A stretch of DNA of 64,000 bases from Deltaproteobacteria bacterium (GCA_031273455.1 JAISRZ010000065.1:46907-110906); one strand, 5' to 3'; shown: positions 1 through 9,394, counted from the stretch's first letter. A program made the numbers and translations. The notes: generated by a model not told the origin, from the letters alone.

Positions 1-913
1 AAAACCAGTGTTGGCCTCCGGGCGTGATCTCCTTAAGAAGTGGGGCTGGAATTATGCCTTTTTTCACTAGGTCTTCGGCCCAAGCTATGATCTCTTGGTT
101 ATCAAAATCTAGTGCCCAAAGGTTTTTAGATGTCGCGCCTAAGACAAGCCCAAGGCCGGATAAATAAGGTAAAAGCTCAAAGGCTTTCCTCATTTCCCGG
201 GCGGTCATTGGGTCTTTATAGTGGCGCTCAAAGCCGGTAAAGGGCGGGTGCTTTCTCCAGCCAATAGGTAAAACGTTAAATCCAGCGGTTAAGAGGGCTA
301 GGGCCAATTCTAAAAGAAGCTCCCTAAAACGGTTATATTGCTTAGGGTCGGCTAAATACCCGGGCTCAGTGGGAAAATTAAAGACGGTTGGCGTGGCCGG
401 GCCAGTGGCCGGTCCTGTGATGGGCGCGGGTAAGTCTTCCTGGCTGTCGAGTTCGGGCCTTGGCGGGCCGGTTTCGGACGTTTTCGGGGCCAGTTTGGCG
501 GTGGTGTCGGGGGTCGAAAGGTTAGCCTCATAGGCGGTAATGGCTTCGTGGGCGAGTTTAACGAGTTCCCTAAGTCGCTTTTTACTTCCCTCGTCAATCT
601 CTTGAGTGATCCCTTTCCAATTAAGCTTAGGATCTTGGGTAAAGGTTGGCCTTGCCTCTTCCCAATCGGCCTCGTCTAGACCAAAATAAGTCCAAGGATC
701 ATTAGGATACTTGGCCTTTAGTTCCCTTTTTATGGTCAATCGCTCTAAATAGGCGTCGATTTTAAGGCTGGCCTTGTGGAGGGGGTTTTTATCAGTGTCC
801 CCAAAGGTTGTCTGGAACGGGATCTCATCTTCCGTAAAAGGAACGGAAATTAGGCCGTTGTACTCATAAAAGGTCGATAGGGTATATTCCCAAAGTGAAA
901 AGTTATATTTCAT
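1..913 (-). CDS. Primase-polymerase (Prim-Pol) domain protein, partial; the C-terminal part runs off the left window edge
   Basis: Open minus-strand frame from the ATG at 913-911 to the window edge: 304 codons with no stop, checked codon by codon. It is absent from the ORF track because there is no in-window stop. The visible distal part, LLTAGFNVLPIGWRKHPPF...LGLVLGATSKNLWALDFDN, fits the N-terminal motif pattern of bifunctional primase-polymerase domains. About 200 aa of unrecognised sequence and a Pro-rich linker precede it. Confidence 0.6.
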   Translation of the reverse strand, partial: MKYNFSLWEYTLSTFYEYNGLISVPFTEDEIPFQTTFGDTDKNPLHKASLKIDAYLERLTIKRELKAKYPNDPWTYFGLDEADWEEARPTFTQDPKLNWKGITQEIDEGSKKRLRELVKLAHEAITAYEANLSTPDTTAKLAPKTSETGPPRPELDSQEDLPAPITGPATGPATPTVFNFPTEPGYLADPKQYNRFRELLLELALALLTAGFNVLPIGWRKHPPFTGFERHYKDPMTAREMRKAFELLPYLSGLGLVLGATSKNLWALDFDNQEIIAWAEDLVKKGIIPAPLLKEITPGGQHWF

Positions 914-986
914 CGCTCTATCTTTCTAAAAGTTAGTAAGTAAACCAAGGCTTCGGGGTCGCCCTAAGCCTTGGTTCGGTTAATAA

Positions 987-1388
987 TCAGGATCTCGCGT
1001 CAAGGGATAAAAGCTCTCCCTCTAAGTTCATATCCTCTTTTTGGACTTCCTCAATCCCTTGTAGAAACTCTTGAAATTTTGGATAAGGGACGGCATAGGG
1101 GTTTGGATCGGTAATATTAGCCTCAAAAAACTTAAGGTAAAATAAAACGTTATAATCCCGGGAATTAAAGAGAAAAAAGCTAAGAGGGATCGTCTGGCCA
1201 GTTTGGGCCTTTACGACAAATGAACCCTTCTGGAAAGGTTCTTTCGCCTTCGGGTTAAATCTGATCTTTGGGGGTAAAAAGCCGTCTTGCCTCAAAGCCT
1301 CAAAGCCGCTCTGAGAAGCGATAAAACAGACTAAAAAGAAGATCGGGGCCGCGGCTGGGCTAGAATTATTAGTCATTAGTTTTTCCAA
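987..1388 (-). CDS. Hypothetical protein (island-borne)
   Basis: 133-aa ORF, co-oriented with the flanking AlpA-like and Prim-Pol genes. I recognise no motif. The start may be the internal Met at 1376. Confidence 0.4.
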   Translation of the reverse strand: MEKLMTNNSSPAAAPIFFLVCFIASQSGFEALRQDGFLPPKIRFNPKAKEPFQKGSFVVKAQTGQTIPLSFFLFNSRDYNVLFYLKFFEANITDPNPYAVPYPKFQEFLQGIEEVQKEDMNLEGELLSLDARS

Positions 1389-1424
1389 AGAAATAAAGGT
1401 AAAAGGATAAAAGCTTAGAGTTTA

Positions 1425-1448
1425 AATATATGAATATTTTCATATATT
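1425..1448. promoter_or_regulatory. Perfect 10-bp inverted repeat (aatatatgaa-tatt-ttcatatatt); candidate operator
   Basis: Read directly from the sequence. It lies in the AT-rich gap just upstream (minus sense) of the 987-1388 ORF. Confidence 0.3.
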
Positions 1449-1737
1449 ATACGAAAAGTTATCTTATTTGCTGGGAATTTGTGACTCTTCAGCGTTCATT
1501 TTTCGTATTTAAACCCCAAAGCTTTCCAACGGCTCCTTGTTACCTTTCATTGGAAAGACTTTGTCTAACTCGGGTTTCGCTAGCCTCTTGGGTTATCTGT
1601 GAAGATAATTTAGGGAGTCGGCTTGGCCTGTTCTTCCCTAATCGCTCTAATCAGTTGCGCTTGATTAGTCCCTGTTGAAGTGTTGTCAGTAAAGCCGGGC
1701 TAGTGAACCCGGGGTGAATCCTGTTGGCCAGTGTAGC

Positions 1738-1956
1738 TTATTCCTGGGCGTTGGCCACGAATTCCTGAAGCTCCTTCATAGTGAAGACGCGAGTCCGGGC
1801 GCCTAATAGCTTTCCCTTGGGGCCTTTCCCTTCTTTTCCCCACGCGAACAGGGTTGAAGTGCTGATCCCTAAGTACTGGGCCGCCTCATTGGGCCTAAGC
1901 ATACGATCTTTGCTGTCAACCTTTTCCAGGTTACTTTGTAGGTTTTTATAAGCCAT
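1738..1956 (-). CDS. AlpA/excisionase-family helix-turn-helix protein
   Basis: 72 aa. The core LRPNEAAQYLGISTSTLFAWGKEG is the typical AlpA/Xis-type HTH. It sits immediately downstream of the integrase, as in P4/CP4-57-like elements. Confidence 0.7.
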   Translation of the reverse strand: MAYKNLQSNLEKVDSKDRMLRPNEAAQYLGISTSTLFAWGKEGKGPKGKLLGARTRVFTMKELQEFVANAQE

Positions 1957-2062
1957 TGTTTCCTCTTTAGCGCTAAATAAGCGGTTAATAGTTAATAAAC
2001 GGTTAATGTTTTGTCAAGATGATTAGGTCGCTTGCTGACGTTTTTTTCAGGTCTATCCTGGT

Positions 2063-2091
2063 AATATAACGCTCTTGACAAAACCAGTCAA
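2063..2091 (-). promoter_or_regulatory. Sigma70-like promoter for the AlpA-like gene
   Basis: The minus strand reads TTGACT-17 nt-TATATT. The -35 element sits inside a TTGAC-N7-GTCAA palindrome. A tandem tttttatacg x2 lies just upstream at 2101-2120. Confidence 0.35.
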
Positions 2092-2162
2092 ATTTTTCCT
2101 TTTTTATACGTTTTTATACGTTAGCTCGCGTCCGTCCGGGGCTAGGTCACTATGGCCGGGGC

Positions 2163-3389
2163 TTAACCTCTGGTGGGGGATTTTCCCGCCTTAATGGTGT
2201 CTAAATAGTCCGCCCAATCCTGCATCATCTGACGCCTTTCGGGTAAGTATTGAGCGTGGTTATAAACGGCTCGAATTCCGCCTAAAACGTGGGCTAGCTG
2301 GGCCTCAATCCAGTCGGGGCTATAACCCTGCTCGTTTAAAATGGTGCTGGCCATAGCCCGGAAGCCGTGGGGGACTATCTCATCGGGGGTGAAGCCTATG
2401 ACACCCAAAGCAACCCTAAGCGTATTGTCGGATATACTTTGGGCCTTGTTGAAAGCTCCCGGAAAAACGAATCGGGACGCGAGCCCTAGGGCCTTAAGCT
2501 CCCTAAGTATCTCCAAAGCTTGGCGGCTTAAGGGGACAATGTGGGGCCGCTTCATCTTCATCTTGTCGGCTGGGATTCTCCACTCGGCCTTTTCTAGGTC
2601 GATCTCTGACCATTCCGCCTTTTGGAGTTCGCCCGGTCTGACAAAAACCAAGGGGAGTAATTGGAGCGCGTGTTTAACGACTTGATAACTCGGGTAATCG
2701 TCAACCGCCAATAGGAACCGCCTGATATCCTCGGGCCGGGTAAAGTGGGCCCGGCGCTTCGTGGCCTTAGTCCTTAAAGCTCCCTTCAGGTCCGGGGACG
2801 GGTCCCTTTTGGCCTTCCCTGTGGAGATCGCGTATCTGAAGACTTGGCCAGCGAAAATCATGGCCTTATGAGAGGTGGTTAAGAAGCCGTGGCTCTCAAT
2901 CCGCCTTAAGACGGCTAAAAGCTCTGGCGGCTCGATATCATCGACAGCGCGGGCGCCTAAGTAAGGGAATAGATGATTATTGATTAGTCCCCTTAACCCG
3001 CGAATATAACCCTCGGAACGGTCTTCCTTCAGGATCGTCAATAATTCTAAGGCAACCGCCTTAAAGCTCTTATCCTCATCGCTAGCGGCTCGGTTTAACC
3101 CAAGGGCGGTCTTGTACAGGGCCGGATTAAGCCCCTTAGCCAATAGTCGCTTGGCCGTGGCTAGTTTCTCCCTGGCCTCTTTAAGTTCGATCATCGGGTA
3201 ATGACCTAAGGTCAGGGTCTGGGCCTTGCCGTTATATTGATAAATGATTCTCCAGATCTTGGTTCCTGTCGTGGGGACGTAAATATAAAGCCCCTGGCCG
3301 TCCGCGATCTTATAGGGCTTATCTTTGGCCTTCAGGTTCTTTAGGGCAATATCAGACAATCGTTTTTTCCCGTTTTTAGTGTCGCTCAT
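2163..3389 (-). CDS. Tyrosine recombinase / P4-type integrase
   Basis: N-terminal DUF4102-like arm-binding region (LSDIALKNLKAKDKPYKIADGQGLYIYVPTTGTKIWRIIY). The catalytic set is present: R in VFVRPGELQ, HGFRAMAST, and AHVLGGIRAVYNHAQY. I trimmed the start to the Met at 3389 (MSDTKNG); the track ORF extends to 3500. Confidence 0.9.
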   Translation of the reverse strand: MSDTKNGKKRLSDIALKNLKAKDKPYKIADGQGLYIYVPTTGTKIWRIIYQYNGKAQTLTLGHYPMIELKEAREKLATAKRLLAKGLNPALYKTALGLNRAASDEDKSFKAVALELLTILKEDRSEGYIRGLRGLINNHLFPYLGARAVDDIEPPELLAVLRRIESHGFLTTSHKAMIFAGQVFRYAISTGKAKRDPSPDLKGALRTKATKRRAHFTRPEDIRRFLLAVDDYPSYQVVKHALQLLPLVFVRPGELQKAEWSEIDLEKAEWRIPADKMKMKRPHIVPLSRQALEILRELKALGLASRFVFPGAFNKAQSISDNTLRVALGVIGFTPDEIVPHGFRAMASTILNEQGYSPDWIEAQLAHVLGGIRAVYNHAQYLPERRQMMQDWADYLDTIKAGKSPTRG

Positions 3390-3700
3390 GGTCAATTTCT
3401 CCCGGTTGCTTAAGTATACCCAAAAAAGGAAAGTCGTTTTCGCGCTAAATTTATTGCTAAAGTGACTTAAAGTTATTGCTAGAAAAGGATAAAAGGTCAA
3501 TAGGGTATGGTCCGCTTTTTGGGCTGGATCATACCCGATATTATACCCAAAAATTATCGGTTGTCAATACTTTTTCCTAGTTTTCCTGGGGGTATTACTC
3601 TAAAATTTGGCTGGCAAAAATGGTCTGAAGCGCTTATGTGGTAAGGTTTATCGGGGTTCGCTGGTCTTTATCGGCTTATTGAGAATGGGTAAATTGGAAT

Positions 3701-3880
3701 TATATCCAATCACAGTACAATGAAGGCCGAGAGGAAGGCCGAGAGGAAGGCCGAGAGGAAGGCGAGAAAAATTCCTCATTAAAAATCGCCGCTAACCTTC
3801 TAAAAGATGGCTTTTTACCAGAAAAAGTCGCCCAGTTAACCAATCTAAGCTTGGATGTGGTCAATAGTATTCAGCGTTAG
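3701..3880 (+). pseudogene. C-terminal remnant of an Rpn / PD-(D/E)XK (TIGR01784-type) putative transposase
   Basis: Translates to YIQSQYNEGREEGREEGREEGEKNSSLKIAANLLKDGFLPEKVAQLTNLSLDVVNSIQR*. This is the characteristic EG-repeat plus IAxNLLK...LS..EV tail of that family. No N-terminal nuclease part is attached. Confidence 0.5.
3722..3766 (+). repeat. 12-bp tandem repeat (gaaggccgagag) x3 plus a partial unit
   Basis: Counted directly. It encodes the EGRE repeats of the remnant. Confidence 0.85.
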
Positions 3881-4752
3881 CCGTTGGCTCCTAGGCTTTT
3901 AGTTGGCGTTAGCTCGACTCACGTCTACAAGAGAGGCTAAAACCCAACTCCACTTGGCTTTGGCCTCTTTAGACGTGATCAATCCCTCTTCGCGCTTAAA
4001 TTTTTACTACTAAAAACGCATACCTTAAGCCAAAGATTTGACTCTGTGGGTTTGACACTACTCATCTCTTAACTAGCTTAGTTAAGATTTAACCGAGCGG
4101 ATAAAGAGTTTTCCCGTAAGGGCTTAGGGTAAACAACGCCATCCCTTTCTAGCCGTTTTTTTTAGGCTCATCTCGCTCTTGGCCCTCATGGCTTTGGTCC
4201 GCGGTTAACGCCAAAAAATCGGGGGTTTAACCCGGGATCTAGAGACTTTGGTTGATGAGCGGACGAAAAAGCTTTTAGCCACTGAGGAGAGTCTTGAGGA
4301 AGAGCGGCTACTCTTTAAGCGCCCACTTAGCGCTCTCTCCGTTAGCCGCGCCATTACCCTAAATGGCCGGTAAATCTTTATGACCCGGGTTAGCGGAAAA
4401 GCTCTTTGGCGTAAAACTCGGCGATCCTAAGAGAAATGCGCTACGCCGAGCTTGAGGAACTGGCCCAGCGCGATAATGGCACAGAAAACGGCCAGGTCAT
4501 TATCTGACGGTCAACGCTGGGTTATTAGGTCAGATGGGGAGAGCCGAAATGTTTTAGTTAACGTCTTCGCCAGTGGCTAGTATGGCGGCGATAGTCTAAT
4601 GACCTGGTTTTCAAAGACGCGGTCGAGCTACGGAATAACGCTAGAAAGCTTTCTTTAGGGCGGTATGGCTCGCCTCATGATTGCGACTGGGTTAAGTTGG
4701 GATTTTTAAGGAGGATTGGGATACGCTTTTTGAGGAACTGACCAATGTGGAT

Positions 4753-5002
4753 TACGTCCAATCACAGTACAAGGAAGGCGATGCGGAAGGCTATGCGGAA
4801 GGCTATGCGGAAAGCCTGGCGGAAGGCGTATTGAGAACCATAGCGTACGTCCGAGCGAAAGTCCGAGCGGAGGGCTTACGCGCTTAAGCCGAGAGGAAGA
4901 AGTCAGAATTAAACGCGCCGCTAACCTTCTAAAATAAGTCTTTTTACCACAAAAGTCGCTAAGTTAGCTAAACTAAGCTTGAATGAGGTCAACAAGATTT
5001 AA
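4753..5002 (+). pseudogene. Second, more degraded Rpn-family C-terminal remnant
   Basis: Begins YVQSQYKEGDAEGYAEGYAESLAEG. After internal stops and frameshifts it continues as ...KRAANLLK*...VFLPQK-VAKLAKLSLNEVNKI*. It is colinear with the copy at 3701-3880. Confidence 0.45.
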
Positions 5003-5302
5003 TAGAGGTTAAGCTGGATAAATTAAGGACGCGTTAGCCTAGGCGCGCTGGAAGTGACTGAAAAGTCCGTGTCAAAAAAAATGGAGTTTAGCGACAAGGC
5101 TTGGGAGTGGTCTCTTGTCTAAGGATTACCAGCGTCAGGGGTTTGTGTGTCTTTAGAGTAATATCCCGAGTCCCAATTGATAGACCCAGACTTACGCGGA
5201 TCTGACGATTTACCCAGTTGAGTTATTAGCCGCCTTAGACTAGCGAACTCGGATAAGGTGGCTCTAAAGGCGTGGGCCGCTGGTCTAGAGAAATAGAACG
5301 CC

Positions 5303-5698
5303 TTACTTTTTAGGCGGTTTACTTTTCCGGGGTCGGACCAGTTTTAGGGTAGGTCGGTTTTTGAGGCGAGCTTTAATTAAGGCCCTTTCTTTTTCTTTTT
5401 TTTCTTCTTGTTGAAATTCTAATAGACCTTGTTTAATTGTAAGAGCCCAATCAATTACATTTTGGTTACCATACAAAGCTGAGAACAAATTGCTTTGGAG
5501 AAATTGAGCGTCAATAAACGATGAGTTATGAAATTGAGCGTTATTAAAAATACAAGCGTCTAGATTAGTGCCTTCAAAAACACTTCCAAACAAAATTTTC
5601 CCTGAAAAATCAATTAGTTCGCCTTCTTTGCCATGAGTTTCTATAAATTTTTTATGAAGAGCCAACATTTCATCCATAAGTTCTTTCATTCTACTCAT
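5303..5698 (-). CDS. Small pentapeptide-repeat protein with a basic C-terminal tail
   Basis: 131 aa. The central region FSGKILFGSVFEGTNLDACIFNNAQFHNSSFIDAQFLQSNLFSA has A(D/N)LxF-type pentapeptide periodicity. The Lys/Arg-rich tail reads LVRPRKSKPPKK. The gene is visibly AT-rich relative to its neighbours. Confidence 0.7.
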   Translation of the reverse strand: MSRMKELMDEMLALHKKFIETHGKEGELIDFSGKILFGSVFEGTNLDACIFNNAQFHNSSFIDAQFLQSNLFSALYGNQNVIDWALTIKQGLLEFQQEEKKEKERALIKARLKNRPTLKLVRPRKSKPPKK

Positions 5699-5748
5699 GA
5701 TATAACCCTTTATAAAAACCTCCGGCGTGATTGTCGGGGGCTAATTAG

Positions 5749-6043
5749 TTAATGGTTACAATATAACTCATTTTTTTCATTCGTCAATAGACGAATGATT
5801 AGCTGTCTCATAACTAAGAAGGTGGCCAAGTCAGACATCGTCTTTCGCCGTTCGGGCCAGTGTTCCGCATAATTATAGACCAGTAAAGTTTGACCGTTAA
5901 TATGTTTTTGAAGCCGCCAAATTCTGGAGCCATTAGGTTTGACTTTTAAGGTAGAGCCCGTCCCCGTCAAAAATTTGGTGGGTTTTCTCTCTAGCCTTTA
6001 AACCGCGTAGCTTCGCCTCAGAAAAGGCGCAGGTTTTTGTCAT
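5749..6043 (-). pseudogene. Integrase remnant (frameshifted, large internal deletion) abutting tRNA-Gly
   Basis: From the ATG at 6043 it reads MTKTCAFSEAKLRGLKAREKTHQIFDGDGLYLK. A 1-nt frameshift in an A-run follows, then VKPNGSRIWRLQKHINGQT joined directly to LLVYNYAEHWPERRKTMSDLATFL. Compare the intact integrase at its ends: GQGLYIYV...IWRIIY and VYNHAQYLPERRQMMQDWADYL. Confidence 0.7.
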
Positions 6044-6184
6044 GCGCCGAATCGCCCGCTTTTTACTCGGCGATGGTATGGTTCTGGAGATTTTTTAAGG
6101 GCGGCTGAAAAAAAACTAACACATTGATTTTAAAGGGGAAATAGGAGAGGGGAGAGCTTTTCAAAACAGAGGAAAAAAAAGGTC

Positions 6185-6259
<75 letters not shown>

Positions 6260-6751
6260 TCAGCCATTAAATCCCTAATATTTTCTAGGGAAGTCAATAA
6301 TTAAGACTCACGGATATTAACCGAAAGTTAATTCCCTGTCAAGAGGGATTTTCAAGTTTTTTCGGGTCTTGGGCGAGGCCAGCCAACCTTAAGGCGCTGG
6401 GGGCCTTAAGCTAGGCCCTGGTTTAGGTTTTGGGGAAATTACCCCCTGACCGCTTGACCTCGGTTGGGGTCAGAATAGCCTTTTAGCCTGAAACTTTAGG
6501 CCACTTGATAGCTGGCCTCGCCCCTCGCCTTTCCGACCTTTGGGGTCGCTCTAAAGCCCTGGCCCCTTTTTTAGCTTAAAGAGCTAAACATCCAACGAAA
6601 TAAAAATGTATAGCTATACAAAGTTCTAAAATTCGCTCTTATAACGCTTTTTGATATTTGGGCTATTTCTTTTTCGCCCGACAAACCCTATAATTCGGTT
6701 TTTCCTAAAGTTAGACCCTTATTGGGCCACGACATTTTTGAGAGGTGAGCG

Positions 6752-7987
6752 TTGGAAGGCTTAACAGGGTGGGTCAAAGGGGCGCGTTTAGCTGGGCCAG
6801 TTTTTTTAGGCCTTATGGCCTTGACCGGGGTTTTCGCCCGGGGGCTAGTTAACGGGTGTTTCGTTCTTTTGGCTCTGTGGGGCGTTTTTTATCTGGTCAC
6901 CGCTAAGCGGGGTTGGTTTTTGGCCCCCAAGGCTCTGCCCGCCAAGCTCCTTTGGGGGGCGGCCATTTATTTCGCGGCCCTTATGTTAAGCGCTCTGGCG
7001 GGCTCGGAGTATGGCCGCTCTTTTAAGCACATCGTGACCGTGGCCTACCTTTTGGCCCCTTTGCCCTTAACCTGGCTAGCTTTGACCCAGTGGCCAAACT
7101 TAATCAAATATCTAGTCCCCCTATACGGTTTAGGGCTAATGGCGGCTGGGCTCATGACCTTTACAGAGGCTGGCTTTGGGCTAAGCTGCGTCCGGGCGAA
7201 AGCCTCTTTAGGGATCATCGAGTTAGGGGCGGTCTTGGCCCAACTGACCCCGATCATGGCCCTAGCCACGGCTTTAGCCATTCGCGCCCGGGACCGTCTT
7301 AAGACCGTCTTTTTCGCGGCGGCTTTGATTTTAGCTTACGTGGCCCACCTCAATAGTTGCTCGCGGATCGCCTTTTTAACCACCCCAGTCATTACCTTAA
7401 TCCTTCTGTGGGCGCACCGCCGGGTTTTCACCTTAACCATGAAGCTCGTCTTGGTGGCCCTAGCCCTGGTCTTGGCCATCGCCACCTTAACCAACAAAAG
7501 GATCGTTGAGCGCTTCGCGGAAATGGGCGTGGAAAAAGGCAATTACAATAATGAGGTCCGGATCAATCACTGGAAGCAAGGCTGGAAGGTCTTCCAAGAG
7601 AACCCCATCTTAGGCGTGGGCCCCAGGGCTATCCCCAACGCCCCCCCGCTCAATAACCCGGCTTACCCGAAAGAATTTACCCGAACCCGGGACAAGTATT
7701 ACCACGCCCACCAAGTCTTTATCACGGTGTTGGCGGAGAGCGGCGTAATCGGTTTAATCGGGTTTTTGGCCCTCCACTTGGCCCCCATCGCCCTTCTTTG
7801 GCCCTTTCGCCGGGACCCGGACCCGGAGCGAATGTTTTGGGTCTGGGCGGCCATCGCCGTGGCTTCGCAATTGTTTTTTAACGGGTTGACCGATAACGTT
7901 TTCACGTTAAAGCCCTTAATGTATATCTATTGGACCGTGACCGGGGCGGCTTTGTGGGTGACCCTCGGGAACAAACCCGCCCCCTAG
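6752..7987 (+). CDS. O-antigen ligase (Wzy_C) family membrane protein
   Basis: Polytopic membrane protein. It has a periplasmic loop and the YYHAHQVFITVLAESGVIGLIGF motif typical of WaaL/O-antigen polymerase-like proteins. The TTG start in the track is uncertain. Confidence 0.7.
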   Translation: MEGLTGWVKGARLAGPVFLGLMALTGVFARGLVNGCFVLLALWGVFYLVTAKRGWFLAPKALPAKLLWGAAIYFAALMLSALAGSEYGRSFKHIVTVAYLLAPLPLTWLALTQWPNLIKYLVPLYGLGLMAAGLMTFTEAGFGLSCVRAKASLGIIELGAVLAQLTPIMALATALAIRARDRLKTVFFAAALILAYVAHLNSCSRIAFLTTPVITLILLWAHRRVFTLTMKLVLVALALVLAIATLTNKRIVERFAEMGVEKGNYNNEVRINHWKQGWKVFQENPILGVGPRAIPNAPPLNNPAYPKEFTRTRDKYYHAHQVFITVLAESGVIGLIGFLALHLAPIALLWPFRRDPDPERMFWVWAAIAVASQLFFNGLTDNVFTLKPLMYIYWTVTGAALWVTLGNKPAP

Positions 7988-8010
7988 CTTAGAGGGCGAT
8001 AGGTTCGGGG

Positions 8011-8811
8011 TTAGTCGTTATCTTTAGGGTTAGCTTTAGGGTTAGTTTGGGGGGCGGTTATGGCCTTATCCGCCAAAAGCAAGTATTTGCTTAGAGTGTA
8101 GCCGCTATAGTACCAGCAAAGGGCCCAAGCGGTCGGACCGCCTAAGAACCCCAGTTTCCCGAAAAACATCTTGCAAAAAGCCGCCACCGCCCGGGACACG
8201 GCTTTCTGGACCGAGCTAGTTCGCCCTTTAAGCTTCGCGTCTTTAGCCCACAATTGGGCGTAGCGGCGCCATTTGTCCAGATACTCGGCCCAATCGGCGT
8301 AGGTGTGGTGCGCCAAGTGGCCGTCCAACCGGACTTCCGGTAGCTGGGCCACGGGTCGCTCATGGACGAGCCCAGCCCATTCCACTTGATCCTTTGGAAA
8401 AAGACGGGTGACCCAGTCGCCAGCTAATGGCCCAAACCTTTGCCGCCGCCCAAAGGCGAAAACCCGCCTTTTAACCGCGCCTTTAACCATTTGGCCTTGA
8501 GCGAGGATTTCCTTGATGGCCGCGGCCAACTCTGGGGAAACCCTTTCGTCCGCGTCCAAAAAGAAGACCCACGGGGCCTGACTTTGGCTTAAAGCGAAGT
8601 TTCTTTGACTGGCGAAGTCCGTAAGCTTACGCGTCATGACCCTGGCCCCCAATTTTTTGGCTATTTCGGGCGTATTATCATCGCTATGGTCATCAATAAC
8701 GATGATTTCCCCTAATATATCGCCTAATAAACGGGCGCTGGCCAGGCATTCTTCGATATTGGCCGCTTCGTTCCGGGTGAGGATCAGGGCGTCGAGTAAG
8801 GGGTTGGGCAT
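8011..8811 (-). CDS. Family 2 glycosyltransferase (LPS core type, WaaE/KdtX-like)
   Basis: The N-terminus ALILTRNEAANIEECL...IVIDDHSDDNTPEIA...FFLDADERV carries the GT-A DxD-type motifs. Confidence 0.8.
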   Translation of the reverse strand: MPNPLLDALILTRNEAANIEECLASARLLGDILGEIIVIDDHSDDNTPEIAKKLGARVMTRKLTDFASQRNFALSQSQAPWVFFLDADERVSPELAAAIKEILAQGQMVKGAVKRRVFAFGRRQRFGPLAGDWVTRLFPKDQVEWAGLVHERPVAQLPEVRLDGHLAHHTYADWAEYLDKWRRYAQLWAKDAKLKGRTSSVQKAVSRAVAAFCKMFFGKLGFLGGPTAWALCWYYSGYTLSKYLLLADKAITAPQTNPKANPKDND

Positions 8812-9394
8812 AAATCAGCCATTATTGAGGGGGTTAGCCTAAACCTGAAGGATTTAAAGGGCTTTCCAAGGAAAAGCCGCTTAGCTATAGACGCTTAATT
8901 AGAGCCGCTTGACTATACCTTGGTCGCTTTGGGGGGTCAAACTTTTCGCGAAGGTCGCCGCTGACCGTTGGTTAAACCCGCGTTTAAACGGGCGAGACGG
9001 GGTTGGGGGGCGTAAAGGTAATTGTTAGTCGCGTTCGGCCCGATAGGGCCGCCGCGGAGCTTTACGGCCCTATTTTGGGCTTATTGGTCAGCGCGTCTGG
9101 TTTGGCCGTTTTAATGTTAGCTTTACCGCCCAAATTGCGGTAAAATGAGGCGCGTCCAGACGCGGCCAACGTTTTAAACGTCATTAAGGGTACTTAAGCC
9201 TCTTAAATCGACGCTTTAAATCAAAATTCGTTTTTTTAAATTACATATATCGTTTTTATTATAAATTAGCTTTTAATCGCTTTATAAAAATACTATTGGT
9301 CTGGGGACCAAGCGAGTTTTAGCCAAAAAGGTCTGGCCCAACGGCTAGGAGGGGGCGACTAATCAAAGCCAATCTTTCATTTTTTCGGGGTTTC

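Noticed and set aside
352-597. 81-aa minus-strand ORF from the track
   Set aside because: It is an alternative frame nested in the 304-codon open frame that carries the Prim-Pol motifs. It is Pro/Arg-rich junk.
1430-1678. 82-aa plus-strand ORF; the same applies to 21284-21541, 40444-40629 and 61772-62017
   Set aside because: These lie in AT-rich intergenic DNA, lack an RBS and motifs, and run opposite to or between real genes. I treat them as spurious.
3616-4245. Candidate internal att copies: aaaaatggtctgaagcg at 3616-3632, and gggggtttaacccggga at 4226-4242, which resembles the tRNA T-arm gggatttgaacccgcga
   Set aside because: These are short, imperfect, by-eye matches that could arise by chance. 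They are mentioned in the island finding but not annotated as att sites.
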